Shown: in pieces, positions 57,130 to 64,000 of the stretch
Layout: every line of letters starts with the position of its first letter
Numbering within the stretch: the stretch's first letter is position 1
NCBI GenBank assembly: GCA_002269645.1
Contig: NIVC01000739.1
Location: 131,903-195,902, forward strand
Direction: 5' to 3'
From: Macrostomum lignano
Taxonomy: Eukaryota
Length of the DNA: 64,000 nt
The notes under the pieces: generated by a model
The model's database searches: none
What the model was told of the DNA's origin: nothing
What the model saw: the letters and a program-made list of their open reading frames with translations, nothing else
Translations under genes and position numbers: made by a program

Positions 57130-57819
57130 ATGATTCAGCCGGCTCTGGTCGCAGTGCTGATGGCTACCGCCTCCGCTCACTGCGTTGCTCCCTTTATCGA
57201 CAGGCTGGGCAGCTGCGTCTTCATCGGCGACAACCCTAGCGTTTCCAGCTGGTGCGACGCAGCCAGACTGTGCCTGGGCATCGGCGGAGAGCTGCTGATG
57301 GACCTGACTGCCATCCGAGCTGTCAATCACTGGATTGATACTTATTTGATCGGAGTGACGGACCTCCTGGCTGAGGCGGGCAGGTCTCGCAGCGGTTGGA
57401 GATTCGCCAACGGCTCGCTGTTTCCGACTTTGGATGACAGCGACTGGCTGTCCGGCTTGCCGAACAGCCACACGAAAGACGATGACTTTGTAGCTGTCAG
57501 CAAAGCTGGCTTGCGAGACAGAGAAGCGAATATGGACAAAAAATTCGTCTGCCAGCCGATCGCGACGCCGAACAGCCAGTACCTGGAGCGAGCGGAGTTC
57601 CTGAGGCTGGGCAACATCAGTCCTGTCTACTGCTACACTGACGCCTCGGTGAGCTCGGAGCTTCACTGCCTGTGGCTCTGCGTGCAGCGCTGGGAGTGCC
57701 GGGCCGTCCTGTTCAACCGGGCCAGCGGCGCCTGCCGCATGCTGGACTTCGCTGACTCGAGCGTCGGCGACGCCATCGAGACCGACCCGAGCTGGACCAA
57801 GTTCGTCAAGAAGTACTGA
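57130..57819 (+). CDS. Secreted C-type lectin-like + PAN/Apple domain protein (single exon)
   Basis: Signal peptide; SW.DA...C..GGEL, IGVTD, WRFANG, W..GLP, FVCQ; then CLWLC...CRAVLFN...CRML. Confidence 0.8.
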   Translation: MIQPALVAVLMATASAHCVAPFIDRLGSCVFIGDNPSVSSWCDAARLCLGIGGELLMDLTAIRAVNHWIDTYLIGVTDLLAEAGRSRSGWRFANGSLFPTLDDSDWLSGLPNSHTKDDDFVAVSKAGLRDREANMDKKFVCQPIATPNSQYLERAEFLRLGNISPVYCYTDASVSSELHCLWLCVQRWECRAVLFNRASGACRMLDFADSSVGDAIETDPSWTKFVKKY

Positions 57820-58338
57820 AAACTTTCAAGAGAAAAATATGACCCTCTGTGGATTAAGTAGTTAATCTCCTTCAGCGTATGTACATGCGTTGGAGAATTC
57901 TTTCGGCTGCTGATAAGCAATTGTATAATCAGCTTTGTTGATGGGATCAGGTGGCCGACAAGGCTGATTGGTCGCTGGACAGTGCGGTCTCGGTCACATG
58001 CTGTTACGGCTTATACAGCATCAATTCAATATTAATCTCCTTTAACATCGTCACAGCTTGTATCGGTCGTTTTTTTAAAGATCTTCTTGAACAGTTTTAA
58101 TACACCTTCAGACACAGACAGTTGAATAAAACTTCATTACTAAAGCTAGTGTTTCCTCAGTAATTTTTATGCATTTTTATTTGCGTATTAAGCAAGCCAT
58201 TCAATAGGCAATATCAAATTTGAGTCTGTTGTCACAGGCCTTTGCAGAAATTGGAGCGTGAGCTAATGAAGGCGTTAATGGACTAAATGCATATTGGCAC
58301 GCTTTTAGGCAAGCCTTAAAAGTAGGGTTTTTCGGGAT

Positions 58339-61300
58339 TGAAGTGCATGGCAAATGCAATTAATAATTGTAGCCCATACTCGTACTTTGCATGAAAAGAA
58401 GGCCGTCCTCCAGCGTTAACTGCTCCGCATGCTTCTTGAATTGGGCCTCCGCTTTCGAGCAGTTCTGCCATTGTCCAGATCGAACACGTTGCAGAATGCG
58501 CTGGATGAATGGATCCGTGTCCATCTCAGCGATAATTCGGCGCGGATCAATGGTCGAAGTCTCAAAGGTGACACAGTTAATGGCTTCAAACAGCTGCGGC
58601 GAATCCATCGACACATCGTCAAAACGTAGGCGAGAAAGAGCGTCTGCGTGCGGTATTGAGGGACCGCTTGCGTACTGAATGTTGAAGTCGAACTGCATGA
58701 GAGCCAGCGCCCATCGACCGATTCGGGCTGAGGTATTCATTGGGATGCTGTCGCCAAAAAGTCGCACAAGAGGCTGATGATCAGTTTTTACGGTGAAATG
58801 CCTGCCTAGGAGATAGTGTTTGAGTCGAAATACCGTCCAGAAGATTGCCAGAGCTTCTCTTTCAATGTTGGAGTAATTCTCTTCCGCCTTGGAAAGTGTG
58901 CGAGAGACAAAAATCACGGGATGACCATCCTGAGTGAGGACCCCGGCTAATGCGCCTTTCGATGCGTCGGTGGTCAGGGTAACCTCCTTCTCGAGACTGT
59001 ATGGCTGGACTACCGGTGCTGAGCTGAGTGCCGTCTTCAGGTCGGCGAAGGCTTGGGAACATGCCTTGTCCCAAATGAAAGGGACCGAATCTTTTCGCAG
59101 ACGGTTTAAGACGCTTGTTTTGGCCGCAAAGTTGGGAATGAGACGGCCAAAGAAGTTCGCGAGACCCAAGAACTGCGACACTTCTTTTTTGTCCTTTGGT
59201 GGCGCAACTTGTCGCACTTTCTCCACTAGGCGATCGTCAGGCTGGATGCCCGCAGCAGAGATCTTAAATCCCAAGAAAGAGATGACGTCGCAATAGTCTA
59301 TACATTTAGCTTCGTTGATTGTCACCCGTTTCTCTCGCAATCGTGTTTTGACCGCAGCCAGTCGCTTTTCCAATGCAGCGGCATTCTCAGCGAATACAAG
59401 GATGTCATCCTGATAGATTAGAAGGCCCTTGATGTCGGACAGGATGTTTTCCATCGTGCGCTGGAATATAAATGAGGCATTTTTCATGCCCATCTGAAGC
59501 CTTTTGACCTTGTATAAACCGCGCGAGGTGTTAATCGTCGAGAGTTCTTGAGCAGCTTCGTCAAGCTCTATCTGCCAATAGGCTGAGCGAAGATCAATGG
59601 TGGCGAACTTCTTTGCGTTCTTCAGCTTGGAAAACATGACTTCAGTCTTAGGAAGTCTTATAATAGGAGTCTTCAGTCTTGTCGTTGACATGCATCTTGT
59701 AGTCAGCGCACATGCGTAGCGTGCCGTCTTTTTTTGACTCAAACGACGGGAGACGAGTTCTCAACAGGGCCATCAATCGGCTCGATGACACCGAGTTGGT
59801 GCAGTCTTTCCAGTTCTGCATGGACCTGATCTTCAAGGGCAATCGGCACAGGACGGGCTCTGCAAAAACGCGGCTTTGCACCTTCGACGAGTTCCATCGT
59901 GGCCTTGACGCCCTTTATCGTTGGTAGAGGTTCAACAGTTTGCGCCGACTGGGAGCTGACATTAAAGACACGGTCTGACTCCAAGAGATCGCGGTCAAGA
60001 AGTCCGTACTGCTTTCTTGATGCGATGACGATCAATTCGGCCGGGTGAAATCGACCGTTCATCTCCACTGTGGTAGGGAACCTTCCTAAGGCCTGCATTG
60101 TGTGGCCGTCATACGCTTCTAGCCTGCGACTGCACTTCTGCAATTGAGGTCGTCCCAGCTTCTCCCACATCGTGCTGGATAAGACGGATACGGAGGCACC
60201 AGTGTCAATCTGCATTGCGACTGTAGCTCCATTGATGATTATCTTCTCAGTTGCAACGTCAATCGAGTGAATTCGAGCAGCATCAGTGAGGTGCAAAACA
60301 GATTCCGATGGCGCATCCTGTGACTCGGAAGCCTCAGATTGCGGGGTATCCGTGATACTGTGCACAGGCTTTTGGCTGCGAGAGCGACAAACCGAACTGA
60401 AGTGATTCTTCTTGGAGCAGTTGGAACAGATTTTACCGAATACCGGACACTTTCCATCTGGGTGCGTCTTGCCGCAGTACTTACAATTCTTTATAGTCCG
60501 CTGTAGGGCATTGGAATGAACCGGACGGTGCGAATGCGCATAGTTTACCAGTGCAGCTTCTGAAGCAAAGGAGCCTGGAGTTGGAATCGCTGGCGTCGGG
60601 CGATTTGAAACGAAGGTAGTAACTTTTTCTAGTCTCTGTACAAGTTTTATTATGTCCGGGATGGCCATTTCGGTGCTGTGCATGGCTTTTAGTACACGCT
60701 GTTGATCTTTCTGATCACGCATGCCTGCGATAAGCGCCAGACGAATCAGCTCTTCGGCGGGGCTCGTAGAAGCGCGGAGAGCGTCAAACTTACAGTCGGT
60801 AGCCGCCTTGCGAAGTCGCGCGAGGAAGTCGCAGATCGATTCACCCTCCGTTTGGCGAATGCCAAAGAATTTTGTACGCTCAGCGATTGTCAGCTTCTCT
60901 TGCGGCTAAAGATATGAGCAAATAGCCGTCTCGAGCTCAGCGTAAGTCAGGGATTCGACTTCCTTTGGGGCCACGAGATTTCCGAGCTTTTCCAGAGCAG
61001 CGAGTCCGCATGTAGCCACGAAGTTGTTTGCGATGCAACGATCACCATCTGCATCTTTCCAGCCCTTGGCACGGGCCAACGCACCGAACGCCTTGAGCCA
61101 TGTCAGAGCGCGTTCCGGGTTGTCCAGGGGCAGGTCACCAAGTCGCGACGCCATTTGCGCCATAAACTCGCTATGGCATGAACTAGCTAAGATTGACACT
61201 AGTTGGCGTGCGTTTACTGTTTACTGACATATTTAAACTGTTTTGTTATGCTTGTCCGATGTTCCCATTTGGAGGGGGACATGAAGTGCATGGCAAATGC

Positions 61301-61558
61301 ACTTAATAATTGTAGCCCATACTCGTACTTTGCAAGTTTCGTCCCCTTTTATTACGTGCTAACTGTAGTAGTCCCCATTCACTTATGTCTATGACCACGA
61401 CCTTAAAAACCCTCGTATTGCCTCCCCCCCCGAGCGCGTCTTCTCTCTAAGTTTTTCTTCGGCCCAAAGCTTTCGTAATCGCATGACAAATAAAAAGCAA
61501 TATCAGCCATAAGAGATAATCTGCAACAAGACAAATACATCAGTTACCAGACACAACA
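58339..61558 (-). mobile_element. Degenerate, internally deleted Ty3/Gypsy LTR retrotransposon (Mag-like gag-pol on minus strand)
   Basis: 5-bp TSD GGGAT (58334-58338, 61559-61563); 277-bp LTR 61282-61558 (TG...CA) and a 53-bp LTR remnant 58339-58391; gag zinc knuckles, DTGA protease, YQDD RT, TDAS RNase H; integrase core missing. Confidence 0.92.
58392..61163 (-). pseudogene. gag-pol pseudogene
   Basis: In-frame stops at 60908-60906 (TAG) and 59741-59739 (TGA for expected W in SPVVW), frameshifts at the RT start, truncation after ...EDGLLF. Confidence 0.9.
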
Positions 61559-62272
61559 GGGATGGCCATTTTTTCGGGGCTAATTCCGATCCCGAACATC
61601 TTTTGAGAACCCCCAACCCCACCCAGAACGGCCAAACCCGAACTTAGAAGCGTAGCATAAGTCTTAAACGCTTGGCGAACACTTTACACTTTTCTCGTAC
61701 AACCATTGGCTTGCTTCAGTTAAATTTATAATTAATGTCAATTAGTCTAAGCACGTAAAAACGCTAAAAACGCTAAAAACGCTAAAAACGAAAAACGAAG
61801 ATTATCTTGAGTTGTGAGAGCGGTAACAGGCTGGATGCGATCAGTTAATCAAAAATTCGCATTCCGGCAGATCATAAATGGCTTTTAACTCTAAAAATTT
61901 TAGTTGTGAAAGTTCTCAAGCTCAATTCCTATCTGCCTTCTACAGGAGTCGGTAAACAGTGAATTCTAGTTTCTTAGCTAGCTACTCTGGCGAAAAGTTA
62001 CGGAAAGCTTTTACTATTGGCTTTTAAAATTTCATAGATCTATAGTCAATGTCTCCGTTGAAATTTCTGCCTTGCAATTTATATCCATCTCCCACGGCTA
62101 GCGGTTCAATGGGAGAAATGTCGTGGAAGTCAGAGACTTACCAAAAGCCAGTATTTACAATAAGACAGATTAATGGACGAAAATGCATCCAAAAAATCGT
62201 CAATAAGCGAGCGAAAGCCAAGCAAATATGGAAGAAACGGATATTTTCGGCTACTCTGGCTCAGATCACACT

Positions 62273-62432
62273 GATGGATTGGAATGTTTGAGTTTTCAAA
62301 ACGTTTGAACTGGATAGACAATGGAGAGGCTAAGAAGAGCAGCGAAGGACAGGCAGTGGTGGAGGAAGCTGGGGCATGAATGGGTGCGCGCCCACGGCCA
62401 TGACGGCTACGGTAAAAAAGAAATAAGAAGCC
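62273..62432 (+). mobile_element. 3'-terminal fragment of the same LINE family, opposite orientation
   Basis: Shares GATGGATTGGAATGYTTGAGTT with 62471-62494 (inverted); encodes the RTE-type end A.DR..WR; A-rich tail. Confidence 0.55.
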
Positions 62433-62464
62433 CGTTTTTCGGCATGATGAGTTTCAATATTACT

Positions 62465-64000
62465 CAGCTAGACAACTCAAGCATTCCAATCCATCAGTTC
62501 TTTCAGGTCATCTTCCCACTGCCTTTTCTGTCTTCCTCTTCTTCTGCCATGGCCTTCCTTCCTCGTCTGATGACAGTAAAATTTGAGCATTCTCCGCTTG
62601 ATGATCTCCTCCACAGATTCTGGTTCCTTTCCCAATACTTCCTTAACTTTTCTCCAAACCCAGGCATTTGTCTTTTTCTCTTTCGATGAAATCCTTAGCA
62701 TTCTTCTGTAATTCAAATGCTTTGAGTGTCTCCATATACTTTTCTTCCCCGAGTCCAGCTGTCGCACCCATAGAGCAGTGTCGCACATGTGACCGCCTTT
62801 GCGATCTTGAGGCGATTCTTCAAACCAACTCCTTTGAGTCTGCCAAAGATCATCAAGCCTTATTATTGAGCTGGTTGCGACGCAGTTTCTGATTCTGATC
62901 TCTTCCTCCGATGTCCCATTATCCATGATGGTTGCCCCCAGGTATTTAAACTGATTCACCTGTTCCAGCTCAATTTTCTTTGCCGACTTCGATGCCAAAC
63001 TTTCTAGAGATTCTGTCCAGCTTCGTTTGTCAGTTCTTGCAATTCTTCCTCATTAATTTTTTTTCCAATCAAGTTGCTGATGTTGATTCCTCCGCAACTG
63101 GTTCCGATCGCCTCATCCAGTTCCTCTAGGATTTCTGTCATTATCCGTTCCAGGAAACAATTGAAGAGAATGGGTAAAAGGATACATCCTTGTCTCCCCC
63201 ACCGCTACCCTAAACCAGTCACTGCACTGGTCGCCTGCCATAACCTTGGTCTTAGCTTCTTCATGCAGTCGCTTAATTACTCTTGTGATGTCTTCTCTAA
63301 TGTTGATTTTTTCGTTGTGTGCCAAAGCGCTTCGAAGTCTATGAAATTGGCAGATGATCTTTTGGTGAATTCTAGCCTTTTCACACAATTAATAGTCGCA
63401 AGTTGGTAATTTGCTCTGTAGTGCTCCCCAGTCCTTTCTGAAACCTGCCTGCATCTCGCTGAACACCTGCTCTGCTCTTGGTGTTATTCCTTTAGGATCA
63501 TTTTTAGCAGGACTTTTGACGCATGGCTGATGAGGGCTGATTGTCCATGAGGATGGATTCGGTCCGCTGTGATGGCCATTCTTCGCTATTGAAGATTTTA
63601 TTGCAGAGCCTGTGCAGTAAAGTCACCTTCATTTTGTATCAATTCTGCGTTGATGTTGTCCGCTCCTGCACTCTTGTTTTTCTTCAGACTTTTTATTGCA
63701 GCCTCTACCTCTGATCTCAGAAACGTGCAATCCAGATTTTCTTCCTCGCCATCTCTCTCAATGTCTCCCCCAGCATGCTTCTGTCCACATTGTCTTGTGA
63801 TTATATACAGTTAGCTGCAGTATTTTTTCATCTTTGCGCCTGCACCTCTTGGCTTCCAGCCAGGGTTTTTCCTTTCTGGTCTTCTGCAGCATTCATTTGT
63901 TTTTTGCGTCTTTCCGTCAGGTTCTTGATTATTTCTAGGCCTCCCTCGTGTTGTTCCTCTCAAAGTTGCTTTCCACCAGCTTGGCTTGTTCCTCTGCCCA
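62465..64000 (-). mobile_element. Degenerate RTE-clade non-LTR retrotransposon (RT and C-terminal domain); continues beyond the window
   Basis: SAGADNINAEL, GCILLPILFN, VNQFKYLG, RRMLRIS and RGRQKRQWEDD fragments across several frames. Confidence 0.85.

Overview
Intron-rich, repeat-rich animal genomic DNA, most likely an invertebrate. A flatworm such as Macrostomum is only a guess from the style (GC-rich exons, minisatellite-filled introns). Host genes, left to right: a minus-strand multi-exon gene ending in a PARP catalytic domain (probably zinc ribbon + 18-aa repeat + spectrin-like + PARP), a small orphan ORF, NEK1, SSUH2, UFSP1, SAE1, PSTK, tRNA-Glu(CTC), CRYZ and a C-type lectin/PAN protein. 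The centrepiece is a complete 15,485-bp Polinton/Maverick (adintovirus-like) endogenous virus at 26457-41941. It has AGTAG...CTACT ends, ~280-bp TIRs and a perfect 6-bp TSD (CTGCCT). It encodes pPolB, RVE integrase, packaging ATPase, adenain protease, major and minor capsid proteins, pX-like and pVI-like core proteins, a parvovirus-type PLA2, a membrane protein and a fibre-like coiled coil. It also carries an intron-containing RING E3 gene bracketed by two homologous, inward-facing gene starts (39-bp inverted repeats, each with TATTTAAG 36 nt before an ATG); this is the best candidate for an undescribed system, a possible invertible cassette. Also present: a deleted Ty3/Gypsy element (5-bp TSD) with a puzzling LTR orientation, an RTE-type LINE, two tRNA-derived SINE families, three MITEs and a long hairpin. 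All calls come from reading the sequence by eye and recalling family motifs; no database searches were run.
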